From the NCBI GenBank assembly GCA_951406725.2, contig OX597827.1:558001-622000 (forward strand): 64,000 nucleotides of DNA, read 5' to 3'. Positions 1 through 14,689 of the stretch are shown one piece after another. The translations under genes were made by a program, and so were the position numbers. Each line of letters starts with the position of its first letter. Positions within the stretch are counted from its first letter, which is position 1. Below the pieces are notes generated by a model. It was not told the DNA's origin. It searched no databases and saw nothing but the letters and a program-made list of their open reading frames with translations. This DNA is from Octopus vulgaris (Eukaryota).

Positions 1-79
1 TTATATTTTACTATAAAATTGGATTCAATCCTAAATCTGAATTTTCCCTGTAAATTTGGATTTATTCCCTAATATTTGT

Positions 80-83
<4 letters not shown>
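1..83 (+). mobile_element. Terminus of short AT-rich (TA)n-embedded repeat (Penelope pLTR/tail-like)
   Basis: Reverse complement (tagggaataaatccaaatttacagggaaaattcag) matches the termini at 2951-3000 and 24691-24745; abuts (TA)n. Confidence 0.55.
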
Positions 84-130
<47 letters not shown>

Positions 131-469
131 TTGTGTGGATGCGTGCGTCTATGTGTGTGTGACTTTGTACTTATTCCCCACCACTAGTTGACAACAAATG
201 TTAACGTGTTTAGTTCCACGTGACTTAGTGCTTTGGCAAAAAGTGACCGACGAAATAAGTACCAAGAAAAGAAAATTTGAAAAATCCTCGCCGAACCAGA
301 GAAATTACTATTTATGTGGATGTGCAATTCCGAAAATCCTCCGAGGCATTCTATTGTGAAAATTACTAGGAAACGACGGGATACTCAGCGCATGCGAGTT
401 TGTACACACACACACACACACACAGATTTCACACGCACATGCATATGTATATACGTATTCATAATTTAC

Positions 470-500
<31 letters not shown>

Positions 501-639
501 CGCATCCATACATATATATACATATACAAACATGCATACATACATACACACACACATATATGTATGTGTACATATATATATATGTATGTATACATAAATA
601 TAAACATGTATATATATATATATATTTATAGAAGGAGCT

Positions 640-690
640 TCTACAGGACTAGAACTGTTTCATTCAAAAGAAATCATCAGAGATGTAAAT
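640..690 (-). ncRNA. Minimal hammerhead ribozyme-like motif
   Basis: Minus strand: CTGATGA-TTTC-TTTT-GAAT-GAAAC-A-GTT. Canonical core, 3-bp stem II with U.U first pair, weak stem I; in a short island between TA-rich tracts. Confidence 0.5.
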
Positions 691-741
691 TTGTATATTA
701 CAGTTAATGTGTGTGTATATATGTATATATACGTATATATA

Positions 742-796
<55 letters not shown>

Positions 797-1178
797 ATAA
801 AACATCCAGGGATAGCATTCTGATTGAATCTTCCATTAGTTAAGATGTACCTCCTTGCCACAATGTAAACTTCCATTTAATCAAGATATCCTTGACCTGA
901 GGAATAGCGTTGCGGTATACACCTCGCTTGGATATTTACCACTTCTGAGGTTCTGCTCGCTATGAAACATAGGCAGCCCCGATCTTATCTACATCATTCC
1001 TTAACACTTGTGTGTATGTGTGTGTGTATGTGTGTATGTATGTATGTATGTACGTACGTATGTATGTATGTATGTATGTATGTATGTATGTATGTATGTA
1101 TGTATGTATGTATGTATGAATCTATGTATGTATGTATGTATGTATGTTTGTATGTATGTATGTATGTATGTATGTATG

Positions 1179-1281
<103 letters not shown>

Positions 1282-1379
1282 AGAAATTAAATATAAAATA
1301 TAAATTACAAAGTGGGACAAAAACGCAAAAACACACAAAGAGACGACACAAAAAAAAAACAGACGGGTCACTCGAAGCC

Positions 1380-1976
1380 TCTATATATAGTATATATAAA
1401 TCACAGTATGTGTGTGTATATTGACTAACGCATACATTTCCACAATTCTCAACCGATTTCCACCAAACTTTACGCACACTCTGTTTATGTGCCAAGGATG
1501 GTTTTGCACCATTAAATTTTGACCAGAGCTTCCGCTTAAATTTGACAAACCAGGAAAATCGCTGGTTTACATGAGTTTTTCTCTAATTCGTTGTATGTAC
1601 ATAGTTTTTTTTTTGTATGTAGGAGTCTGCCTTACATTTTAAATATGTATGGTCGTATATTGGCATCAGAGAATATTTTTTTGTGGTTTTTCACTTTGTT
1701 TGATTTATTATTTATTTATATGTTGTAATTGTGTATTATTACTTCCTATATTTTTTATATGTGTATTGGGGTATATTGTTTGAGGGTTTTGGTTAGAGAA
1801 TATTATAAAAGTGAATGGATTTTGCCTGTTTATTAACTTCGACTATTTTCTATACTTTTTAAATCTATATGGTTGTATATTTGCATTACAGAATATTTTT
1901 TTTAGTTGTTTTCACATTTAAAAAATTTATTATTTATTTATATGTTAAACCGTCCAAAGACGGGTGCGTTTGCTAG
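1380..1976 (+). mobile_element. Non-autonomous Helitron
   Basis: Starts TCTATATATA and ends CTAG followed by T. Subterminal hairpin CCGTC-CAAA-GACGG at 1950-1963. Internal ~60-bp direct repeat at ~1637 and ~1857. Confidence 0.7.
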
Positions 1977-1984
1977 TATGTATG

Positions 1985-2026
<42 letters not shown>

Positions 2027-2649
2027 TCGGTGCGACACATACACACTTATTTGTATCTATATACAAACACAGATGCACACAACATACACACAGATATCCA
2101 ATATATATATTTTTACAATCCACGCAACTCAGACTTGTAGTTTTTATGCTTCGTTCACTGGCATTCCGGTTTCAAATCGTGTATCATGCCCGTTTCTCTG
2201 GTATGAAAATAAGATGTAGTACGACGTATTAAGATTTTATTAAAGCTTTACTAACGTAATTGTACAGTTGCAGAATCGCGTAATATATCTGTTATAACTT
2301 CGATTTCCTTCCATAGTTAATAGAGTTAACTTCCTAACGTAAACACCAGAACAGTAGACGTCTCTTGAGGTATGAGAGGCTTAAATGCATAATAAAGAAT
2401 ATCACTTTCAAAGATGTTCTCTGCTACAACGACTGCGCAATCATTACTTTTGATGGATGTATATTTCTATCGTAAGAATCATACTCTTCAGAAAAACAAA
2501 AATTAAAAAAAATGCAATTACAAAAGGAATGACGAGTGTTTGGCTCTCCAAAACCTTCTAACAATAACCAAGGAATTTCTACGATTTCTACTCGTATATA
2601 TTGTATATACTTTTGCGTGCAAGTATTTATTAGTCGATGTATATATATA

Positions 2650-2862
2650 TTCTTTTATTTGTTAGTCATTTTGACTGCGGTCATGCTGGAGCACTGCCTT
2701 AAAGGGTTTTTAGCCGAAGCAATCGACCACAGGACTTATTTTTTGTAAGCCTAGTACATATTTTATCGGTTTCTTTTGCCGAACCGCTAAGTTACGGAGG
2801 CGTAAACTTACCAACATCGGTTGTCAAGCGATGTTGGTGGGGGGACAAACACACAAACATAT

Positions 2863-2906
<44 letters not shown>

Positions 2907-2929
2907 GTATATACGACGGGCTTCTTTCA
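2650..2929 (-). mobile_element. tRNA-derived CORE-type SINE, 3' half
   Basis: Matches the 3' half of full copies (35148, 47932, 54458); truncated at a (TA)n tract. Confidence 0.8.
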
Positions 2930-2950
2930 TATATATATATATATATTTAT

Positions 2951-3222
2951 AATATTAGTGAGTATAACTCCAAACTTACAGGGAAAAATTCAATTTAGTA
3001 TTAAATCAAATTTCACATGTAATTCGAATTTAATTGTAGCCATGAAACGTACGTAGTGTTTTTACTTATTATATTATATATTGATCATTCATTTTATACT
3101 TTTTGAGATCTAGTTATAAGTTACATGTTTTATAAAAATATATATTACTTGCTATTTATGTATTGATTTATGTCTATCACTGTTTGAGTTGCATAATAGT
3201 GGTTTTATCTCTAATTTATATT
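2951..3222. mobile_element. Short (TA)n-embedded Penelope-like/retrozyme-like element with hammerhead 3' half
   Basis: Both termini are shared with 24691-24912. Contains GAAAC-GTAC-GTA at 3044-3055 (palindromic stem III/loop, GUA triplet). Confidence 0.55.
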
Positions 3223-3240
3223 TTATATATATATATATGT

Positions 3241-3618
3241 ATATATATATATAAAACTGAAGTTGTCTGTGTGTGTGTGGCAGGTTCGGTAGCCTTCAAC
3301 TAACACCATCTTCTCCGAGACCCTGCGGCGCAAGTTGACCAAAAGAAGGCTTGCTCTTCCTTCCGTAGAAGAAAAAATTTAAATCGAACCATGTTAACAC
3401 CAAAAATTATTTACATCAAAAAGGTGCTTTTTTTCTATGAAAATCCCTATTTTTTACGATTTTTTGACTGCTGTGTCACCATTTTTCAGTGTATTTCAAC
3501 CAGAAAAATGTTCACTTAAAGAGAATAACAAACTACATAATGCAAAATTTTTACTTTTCAAAAGTTCCAATTCTAAAGGGTCGAAACAAACTCGAGCAAC
3601 GCTGGGCGATACTGCTAG
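3241..3618 (+). mobile_element. Non-autonomous Helitron (family B)
   Basis: Ends in a subterminal GC hairpin then cgatactgCTAG-T; highly similar inverted copy at 5245-5638. Confidence 0.75.
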
Positions 3619-3657
<39 letters not shown>

Positions 3658-3849
3658 TTTGTATGATTGTGTATAGAAGAAGATATTAATCAATGAAATT
3701 CCAACTGAGTCTGATTTTCACGTTTTATCACTCGCACAGGTAGAATGTGTGCCGCCTGAAGCAATAACTTGTTACAACAGACCAGTGAGTCTCTGAATAT
3801 TGTAACAAACATCTTTTACAATGCGATGGTATGTTAAAGCTGCTGCCAG

Positions 3850-4265
3850 TGTTGTTCAGCTCTTGGTCACACCTGACTGAGCAGACTTAATTTAAGTTAA
3901 AAGACATCCGACCTATGGTCATCCAGTTTTTCCCAACACGCTTTTTCTAAGTACACGTATATTATCGAATGTATCCATCCATCCACCCACCTATCCATCT
4001 TTTCTGGCCACTAATTCTGGACGTAGAGATCATGGGTATAAAGTCATCAGGTACTTTTTCCGTAGGGTCCTATCAAAAGCAACCGTCACTAGATTTTCCA
4101 ACTGGTTTCCCAAGCATGACCAACTGAGTCTATGGATATCATTCAACCGTCTCGTTCTTGGTCTACCTCTAGCTCTCTTGCAATTCTTCCGCTTTTATGA
4201 TAGGAGTGTGCTATTCAAGAGAGATTTTATTGCTATTTCTAGCACAAATCAAACAGCCACAAAGA
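3850..4265 (-). mobile_element. (AAC)n-tailed interspersed repeat interrupted by an RTE LINE 3' fragment (~3976-4194)
   Basis: Outer parts match 9075-9281 and 63615-63790. The inner part translates on minus as ARGRPRTRRLNDIHRLSWSCLG.. and resembles 37633-37985. Confidence 0.55.
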
Positions 4266-4553
4266 AATCGTTATGATTTGTGCCTGTGTCTTTCTCTATC
4301 GTTCACTCTCTCTCTCTCACGCGCGCGCGTACACACACTCACACACACACACAATAGGCCAATAACAAGAAAACCAAATAACCAAAGACCTGAAGACTAC
4401 ATCCTATATAAAGTCTTAGATTAACAGAGATTAACAGAGGAGAGATTAAAATAGATTTAGAAATAATTTCAATCATAATCCATAAATGTCTTAGAATTTC
4501 ACTGATGACTTTCACAGTTTCAATGATAAATAGCTTTAACGTTTTGCGTATGA

Positions 4554-4602
<49 letters not shown>

Positions 4603-4849
4603 TTACTACTACTACTACCACCGCCGCCAAAACTACTACTACACATGTGTATGTGTATATGTATGTGTGAGTGTATTTATACATCTTTAAGCCTATATCA
4701 GAATACATGTATGTATGTGCGCACGCGTGTATGTGTGTATAAACACAGGCGCACACACACGCACACATGTATACAGTTATTCTTATATAGGCATAACTAT
4801 TAATCCCGGCACGTTTTTTCCTCTCTCTCCATTTTTTTCTCCTCATCCA

Positions 4850-4883
4850 TTTCTGTCCATGAGCGAAGTCTCGAAACGTCAAA
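4850..4883 (+). ncRNA. Degenerate minimal hammerhead motif in (TA)n-flanked element (~4790-4952)
   Basis: TTT-CTGTCCA-T-GAGC-GAAG-TCTC-GAAAC-GTC-AAA; the core is mutated. Confidence 0.4.
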
Positions 4884-4949
4884 GACTTCCATTTTTCTCG
4901 AGTGTTATTCTCTCACCTGTCTCTGTCTTTTGTTTTCTCTATATTTGGA

Positions 4950-5143
<194 letters not shown>

Positions 5144-5181
5144 TGTGTGTGTGTATGTGTGTGTGTGCATGTGTGTGTGTG

Positions 5182-5215
<34 letters not shown>

Positions 5216-5244
5216 TGTGTGTAAATTAGCCTTTTAAATTATAA

Positions 5245-5638
5245 CTAGCAGTATCGCCCGGAGTTTCTCGGGTTTGTTTCGACCCTTTAGAATTGGAATT
5301 TTTGAAAAGTAAAAATTTTGCATTATGTAGCTTGTTATTCTCTTTAAGTGAAACAGTTTTCTGGTTGAAATACACCGACAAATGGCGACACAGCAGTCAA
5401 AAAATCGTAAAAAATAGGGATTTTCATAGAAAAAAAGCACCTTTTTGATGTATATAATTTTTGGTGTTAACATGGTCCGATTTGTATTTTTTGTTCTACG
5501 GAAGGAAGAGCAAGCCTTCTTCTATCATACTCTCAATTTTGGTCAACTTGCGCCGCAGGGTCTCGGAGGAGAATAGTGTTAGTTGAAGGTCGCCAAACCT
5601 GCCATACACAGACAATTTCAGTTTTATATAGAGAGAGA
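5245..5638 (-). mobile_element. Non-autonomous Helitron (family B)
   Basis: Minus strand starts A|TCTCTCTCTATATAAAAC and ends CTAG|T, with a GC hairpin before the end; inverted copy of 3241-3618. Confidence 0.8.
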
Positions 5639-5928
5639 TATGAACATTATCACTCAATATAAACACCATTACAAATTACAAATGATATTCAACATTATAA
5701 GCAATATTATACACAACCTATTTGAGATAATATGTAATACTGAATATCAATCAAGAGTAAATATTGTAAAACAGCGACACGTAACAAACATTGTGTATAA
5801 ACAAGAAGCACCAGCATGGCCGTGTGGCTAAGAAATTCGTTTAGCTATTACGTACGGTACTTTGAACAAATGTCTTTTTAATTGAATTTGGCAGATGGAA
5901 ACTGTGTAGAAGGTCTCTCTCTCTCAAA

Positions 5929-6062
<134 letters not shown>

Positions 6063-7009
6063 TTTTATATATATAATTATTTTTCAACCGTTTTTCCGTT
6101 CGTCACAAACAAAACACAAAATTATTTTAAAAACAACAGAGGACCCTATTTACCCCGTAATTATGAATTTTAGAGGGGGGTGGGTGAAATGTAAAATATT
6201 TTCCAGATCAAATTTCGAAATAGTTTTCACCATTCGAATTTCCATATCTAAATTGTCCTTCTAGAGAAGTGGGTACTGTTTCCTGTAAATAAAATGTTAT
6301 CACATTTGACTAATTTGGTTTTCCTTGACATCGTGTTACAAAGTAATATAAGTCAACATAATTTCCCTCTTAAAAAATCTTTTGTTCAGCTCTTCTTCTC
6401 TTCAGGACATCTTTATACGATGCTTGACTCCGCGTTGCTTTTTTGTGTTTTCCTTTTACGAAAAGAGCTTTCACTTCACACACACCAGCTAAATTTCTTT
6501 TTTTTTTAATTTAAAATTTTTTTTATTTACTTTTTTTTTTGTTTGTGTCGAATGGAAAAAGTTAACAAAAAAATTATGTTTCATTTTGTAGAAAAAATAG
6601 CAATGCTGATTGCTATCGTGAGGTCGACATTCAGAAATCATTGATTTTCATTGATTTCAATTTTTGTTGTTGTTGTTAAAAAAGAGGTTTCTCCCAACGT
6701 TTAAAAGTGCATAAACAAAAGGAAAAGCCGCCGTGAATACCACAGGGAGGGGAATCAGATTTTCAAAATTTTTTATACAAAAAAGGCTTCCTTCCATCAT
6801 TTTGAAGTGCGAAGTACCAAAAAAAAAAAAAAAAAATTAAACCCCTATCAAAGCCGAGAAAATCCAGCTTATGTGGTAGAGTGATTCCGAAATTCCACTG
6901 TAAGTAATATTTAAAGCAATTTAGTTACACGTTATAAAAGATTACAAAAATACTGCGTTAGCAGAAAACTCTACTGTATAATATAAAAAGTAAGCATTAT
7001 TATGGTGTC

Positions 7010-7308
7010 AGAAGACAGAATTTTGCCTTCTGATAAAATGCTTAGCAAAGTTTCATTCGTTTTTAAGTTCTGAGTTCAAATTCTGCTGGGGTTGACTTTG
7101 CTTTTTTCCTTCAGGGGGTCAATAAAATAAGGGATCTTTTCTGTTTGGCTCACACATTTTTACAGAAAAGATCCAAAATAAGTAATAGTCGAGTACTGGG
7201 GTTGACATAATTCATTAGTCATAATTCATTAGTCATAATTCATTAGTCATAATTCATTAGTCACCTCCCACTTTAATTGCAGACCTTGTGCTTACGGCAG
7301 AATTATTA
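7010..7308 (+). mobile_element. tRNA-derived SINE with Nin/Deu-like domain, decayed
   Basis: gagttcaaattc B-box and gactttgc...ggggtcaataaaataag are shared with 53640 and 61261; 14-bp unit (cataattcattagt) x4 at 7207-7262. Confidence 0.6.
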
Positions 7309-7327
7309 TGGAGTCATGTTTAAAATT

Positions 7328-7851
7328 TCATGTACGATCTCCCTAAGATTCATAATGATGGTATTCCATTAAGACCAATAGTGAGCTGTAGAGGTTCAGC
7401 ATGTCATCCACTGAGTCGCTTTCTTGTGGATATAATCAGTCCATTAGCAGGAAAGTCAACATCGTACGTGAAGAATTCCACTCACTTCACAGAATTGATC
7501 AAGGATACTCCCATTGAATCCAACCAGATGGTAAGTCTAGATGTGATAAGTCTGTTCACCAAAGTCCCAACTGGTGAAGCACTATCGGTGATTCAAGAAA
7601 AACTAGTGATAGACACCCATCTAAAAGAACGCACTAACATAGCAATAAAAAACTTGATGGAAATGTTGACCTTCTGTGTAAAAACTACCTACTTCAGTAT
7701 GGACACAGATATATATCGACAAGAGGAGGGTTTAGCTATGGGTTCACCATTATCAACGATAATAGCCAATATACATGGAATACTTTGAGAGTTTGGCTTT
7801 AGGATCAACATCACTAAAACCAACTCTATGGCTACAATATGTTGATGACAT
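7328..7851 (+). pseudogene. Penelope-like element reverse transcriptase fragment
   Basis: LPKIHNDGIPLRPIVS, SLDVISLFTKVP, YRQEEGLAMGSPLS; frameshift ~7772, then MEYFESLAL..WLQYVDD. Confidence 0.9.
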
Positions 7852-8132
7852 ATGTATGTGTGTGTGCACGCATATATATATATATTTGCACACACATACT
7901 TCCATATGCACACATACACACATATATATGTGGAAGATCGCATGTGTGGGTCACACCTTGTCATTGTATGGTACATGTGAAAGTAGAGTATATGATTGTT
8001 GCCTAGGTGGGTTGGTTTCCTTTGTCACTGTGATGTTTGGTGTAAGATTATTATGGAGAAGGCTGGTTGTGTGTCTTGTCAACATGAACAAAGCTTGCAA
8101 ACATTTTATATATTTAAGGAAAGGCTACACAC

Positions 8133-8175
<43 letters not shown>

Positions 8176-8703
8176 TACATACATGGTTTTTCGGATACTC
8201 TTTGAAGAGAAACTAAGGGCATAGGCATTTACTTTCATAGCATCTAAATTCTAAAGACATTAATGGTATATTCTAGAGACAGGAATGAAAATTGAGATGT
8301 GAGTTTATCTGAATCTACTCTTGTGTCTGGTTTGCTGTAGGCAACAATGGAATAACGTTTTTAACTACTTTCACTCAGCCATCGGTGAGAGTCTAGGAGT
8401 TGTGAACCTGCCAAGCATTGCTAAATCCTTGCCCTTGGTTTTGACAGCATTTGGGTTTTTCCACTAGAAAACTAGGAAAGCCAAGGACATTCATTTTTGC
8501 TCTGGCTTCTGTGGCATGATCTCCTACACGTTGATTGGTTGATAAATAAAACATACACGTGATCATTGCATGTTTCATTTGTGGTACTAGCCTGATAAAT
8601 GAAAGAACTGGGTTCAAACCCCAGTTCTCACTACATGTTGAACAAACGTATCTGTGGGCCATAACTTGTCATTCTAACTACTAACTACCTACTTTCAGTT
8701 AGT

Positions 8704-9003
8704 GGAGGCACATGACCTAGTGGTTAGAGCAGCAAACCCGTGGTTGAGGGATCGTGGATTCGAATCTCAGACCGGGCGATGTATGTGTTTATGAGCGAAA
8801 CACCTAAGCTCTACATGGCTCCAACAGAAGGTAATGGCGAGCTTCTGTTGACTCTTTCGCCACAACTTTCTCCCAATCTTTTCTCCTGCATCTTGCAGCT
8901 TACTGGTGACGGACCGGCATCCCATACAGGTGGGGAACCTATACGCCGAGGAAACCGGGAAACCAGCCCTTATAAGCCAGGCATGGCTCGAGAAGGAACA
9001 AAC
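8704..9003 (+). mobile_element. tRNA-derived SINE (V-domain-like body)
   Basis: A-box tgacctagtgg, B-box gattcgaatc; body gacggaccggcatcccatacagg...gaaaccggga resembles V-type SINE domains. Confidence 0.65.
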
Positions 9004-9074
9004 TTTCAGTTAGAAATGATATAAGGCTACACAGTAACAGCAACAACAATAACAACAACACAATAGAGCTAACA

Positions 9075-9281
9075 AAGGAGTCTCCTATATGGTTATTCCA
9101 CTTGCTAGAACTAGTAGCTAAACTCCTTCAAGTTACATCATAGTATGTTATAAAGAAAAAGGACACATTTGGTGATGTAGTCCTTTATAAACTGCCTGAA
9201 ACAGAGCAGTCAGTATGGTGCTTTTAATTATATGTGCATTTGTTTCAGGCTGATCTGGGGCTAAGCAACAACAACAACAAC
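9075..9281 (+). mobile_element. (AAC)n-tailed interspersed repeat
   Basis: Similar to 63615-63790, 59185-59305 and the inverted copy at 3850-4265; ends ctggggctaagcaacaacaac. Confidence 0.55.
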
Positions 9282-9689
9282 AGGCAGACATACAAATACG
9301 AAGGCACAGACACATAGGAACTCCGAAATTATAGCAGCAAACTTGTCTCTCAATCTCTCTCTCTCTCTTTCTCTTTCTCTCTCTTTTCTATTAACTCTCT
9401 CATTGTTAACAATCTCCCCCTATTTTTTCTACACATCATTCAGACTCACCCAAACACACAAACACAAACAAACAACCCCACACAAATGTAGGGATACACT
9501 GCACACACACACACACACACACATCACATAAAGACAAACTGCTCCACCCAATTATCCCACCCCAAACAGACACATATGTGCACACACACACACACACACA
9601 CATTCAATAAAGCTCACATGTACACGCACACAGAGATGGGTCCTTCGTCCACCATCATTACCATTGCCAAATAGCTTCTTGGCTACACA

Positions 9690-9731
<42 letters not shown>

Positions 9732-10517
9732 ACAAGAGACAGATTTTCTGCCATCTATTTCAACTGGATACACAAATACACAAATACACAAAAGCTAATA
9801 TACACAGTTTCTCCTTTTATCCCCACCACCACAACTGCTGCTGCTATTGCCACCACCCTTGCCACCGCCATCACCACAGATCACCATCACCCCCCCACCC
9901 CCACCACCACAAACACCCTCACCACCACCACTGTCACTATCACCATCAACACCACACAACTCCCCCACCCCACAACTACTACATATACCCCAAAAAACTA
10001 CACATGGCAAAAGCTCCACAGCACTGCCCTGCTTTCTCCACCACCACCACCACCACCATCACCCGCACTTCTGTTACAAATACACAAACAAACACTCCAT
10101 ACATAGGGGTAGCTATACTTCACAACAGACAACGCCACCAGCAAGAAATCCCTAACACCACCACCACCAACTTCATCACCACTACCAACACTACGACCAA
10201 TACTATCACATCCATCAACACCACCACTGACACCAGCATAAACACCAAAATTTTACACAGGTACACAACCACTACAATCATACACACAAACACACACACA
10301 CACACACACACAAGCAGCTCGTTAACCCAACTTGCACCCTCACATCAACCAGCCAACCAGCCACACAGCTAACATACACAGGTTTTCATTCACAGTTACA
10401 CACACGCACACGCACACAGCCCCTTTGCTCCGCATGGTCTCATCATGCTCCCTCCCCCTTTCATTTACCATTGATCTGCCATCCAATGTCACTAATTGAC
10501 TTCAACTGTGGAAATTT

Positions 10518-11845
<1,328 letters not shown>

Positions 11846-12104
11846 TGTGATGTTCGTCATAGGGATATGCACGTGTACATGTCTCTATGTGTGTGGGTAT
11901 GTGCATGCATGTGTATGTGTGTATGTATGTTTCTTTTTTAATTATCTGAATTCTTTCTTCAAGAAGGAAGCTAGTTTTTAACAAAGAATCAAAATGGCAC
12001 AACTGAAATTCAGATTCCAACAGCAAGCAACATTTTGTGCATAAATGTAGTTATATATGTGTAGTCTATTTTTGTGTATTTATGTATGTGTAGTTAAATA
12101 TGTA

Positions 12105-12365
12105 GTGAGGGCATGTGGCCTAGTGGTTAGAGTGCTATGCTCATGATCATGAGACCATGGTTTCGATTCCTGAACTGGGCAGTATGATATAGCTCTATTT
12201 CATGTAGCTCTGCGATTACTTCGACATCTGATGTGTGGTACACTGTGCTCCTGTATAGGCAATGCTGATTTGATGGAAAGAGTGAGCTAATGCTCACCAC
12301 AAACGTATGATAATCTGTGCAGGTTGTTTGACTGGAAATTGCAGAACTATTTTTCTTGGTCTCAA
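12105..12365 (+). mobile_element. tRNA-derived SINE (family of 41585-41865)
   Basis: A-box tggcctagtgg, B-box gtttcgattcc; body shared with 41585-41865. Confidence 0.7.
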
Positions 12366-12487
12366 GAGACTGCTGTTATATATGTGTAGTTGTAAAGTGT
12401 ATATTACCCGATCACTCTCTTTGTCTCAAAAATCAAATCTTCCTATGATTGTCACATAAATATTCACTAACATAACCAATTATGGGT

Positions 12488-12713
12488 TTAACCATTTAGC
12501 ATTCAAATTATTCTGTCAAATGAAAAGTGTTCATTCACACTGGTTTGAAATAATAATGTATTATCTCATAGCTTTGGGATTTCGATGAGGTGGTTGTTTA
12601 CATTCAGAATAACATTGTAGGGCAAGTGTGAGAAGCTTGATCTAGCTGGTTTCAAAATAAAAGAAGTAGAATATTAGGGCCAGATATGGCTTGTTTGAAT
12701 GTGAAAGGGTTAA
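12488..12713. mobile_element. piggyBac-like MITE
   Basis: TTAA at both ends with imperfect TIRs CCATTTAGCATTCA / TGAATGTGAAAGGG; second copy at 35014-35660. Confidence 0.7.
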
Positions 12714-12714
12714 A

Positions 12715-12865
12715 TCATCATCAACATTTAACGCCTATTTTCCATGCTGGCATGGGTTGAGTAGCTATCAAGGGAACTGTCAAGGCCAGGAGCCACACAA
12801 GGTTCCATAGTCTGTTTTGATATGGTGTCTACAGCTGGGTGCCCTTCCTAATGCCAACCATTTCA
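12715..12865 (-). mobile_element. RTE-related 3' UTR fragment with (GAT)n tail
   Basis: Reverse complement of aacccatgccagcatggaaa..gttaaatg(at)gat and ttaggaagggc, as at 33200-33352. Confidence 0.65.
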
Positions 12866-12869
12866 GGGC

Positions 12870-14689
12870 AGAGCAACTGTTCGTTATGAATCAGTTATTT
12901 TTTATCTCTTATCTCTTACTTGTTCTAGCCAATTCACTGTGGCCATTCTTGCAACTAGATATAGAGAGCTATTATACCACTATCAACCCAATTGTCCTTA
13001 ATAAAGCCCTGATTTATAACATGAGAAACTCTGATTAGTCCTGATGTAAAATAGATATAATACTTGCTGCACAAGCCATAGCAGATTTTGATGGTAGATT
13101 ATGGAGTAGATTAGATAGGGAGAATGCTTTTGATATGGCAATGGGGTCATCTGACTCTGCACAGATGACAGACCCACTTGAACTATATATCCATTCATTA
13201 ATCCTCTCTACCTTTCTAGAAGTAACGGGGGGCTTATATAGGGATGACACCATATTTTGTCTGGATAGAAGTAGCGAAGTACAATTATAAAGGCATAAGA
13301 AAAGTTTCTTTAGATTTTTTTAAAGATTTAGGACTAGACATTACTATGGGAAAGGATTATCATAGAGCAAATTTTATTGATGCTACATTCTGTCTTGATA
13401 TTGGATTATTTGAACCATTTCATAAACCAAATGATCATATTAAGTACATAAATGTAGCATCCAGCTATCCACCCTCAATAATACAGGGATTAGTTAAGAA
13501 TATTTCTACAAGAATTTCTAGATTATCTGCTAATAAAAATATTTTCAAATTATATGCAACTTATTATAATGCTGCTTTAGCTAGGGCTGGGTACCATGAG
13601 AAAATTCAATATATACAAGAAGCAAGCATACACAACACTGTCAATTCTTCCAATAGTTATACACATTGTACACTATTGCAACTGCATGGTATGAGAATGC
13701 ACTGAGATGGAGAATACAGGCCAAGAAGAATTGGTCAAAACAGGGAAATACCAATGAAACCTCATAGACATACACAACATAATAATCCAACTGTTCATAA
13801 CACAGTAAATTGTTCCAATCCTGTGCAACACACTGGATCAAATAAGCCAAACAACAGATATAGGAATCATGATGTCCTCTGGTTCAACCCAATTTTTGGT
13901 TCACATGTTTCAACCAAGATCGCTGGAAAAGTTTTTGCAGCTTTGGATAAATGCTTTCCTAAATCTAATTGATATCATACTATTTTTAATCAGCACACCC
14001 TGAAGGTATTCTATGCTAACTCTGCTAATTTAGAGCAGCTTATGCACTGCATAAACAATAGTAAAATGTGACGACAGTTCAATAATCCACCTACTGGATC
14101 AAAAAAAAATATGCATCTAAATACCAACAAAGGAGATGTAAACCACAATAAAAAGCACCAATTATGGCCAAATTGTAATAGTAGAAATGCTTATGATATA
14201 GCTAACATGGTAACAATGTCAGAAAATGAAGTCAGAACTGCCATATATACAAATAAATATGATAAATGTTCATGCAGAGAAAAATCAATATGCCCATTGA
14301 TGAACCTCTGTATGAGTACAAATCTTGTATATAAATGTACTGTGCACACAAGGGGAGGGCTGTATGTTTACATTGGGCAGACGGCTGATTCATTTAAGAA
14401 TCGTTATCACAACCATGTCACCAGCTTCAAGAGAATCAATAAGAGATAGCCAACATCTTTGGCTGATTTTGTATGGTGACTAAAGGAAGATAAAATTAAG
14501 TACAACATAACTTGGGCTGTAGTAAAGCATGCAAAGCCATACAATATCATTTCCAGGAGATGCCATCTCTGCTCCAAGGAATCCCTGTTTATTCTATGGA
14601 CCAATGATAAAATCATTAATAGAATATCTGAAAGATTCAAGATGCCTACGTGCATTTATATGTACTTTCGCACAATGCAGTGGGAATGA
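12870..14689 (+). pseudogene. Decayed Penelope-like element, Naiad-type (RT + C-terminal GIY-YIG endonuclease)
   Basis: LDIESYYTTI, FDMAMGS, GLYRDD (~13230-13247), FHKPND..YINVASSYPP, WFNPIF, CSCREKSICPLMNLC, VYKC..YIGQT..FKNRYHNH, CHLC; multiple stops and frameshifts. Confidence 0.85.

Noticed and set aside
8704-8780. tRNA genes at SINE heads (also 12105, 35148, 54458)
   Set aside because: A/B boxes only; no full cloverleaf, and they continue into SINE bodies.
13960-14490. In-frame TGA codons as selenocysteine in the Naiad-type element
   Set aside because: The TGAs are not at conserved Cys positions (those are TGT/TGC) and fit CGA-to-TGA decay; TAG stops and frameshifts are also present.
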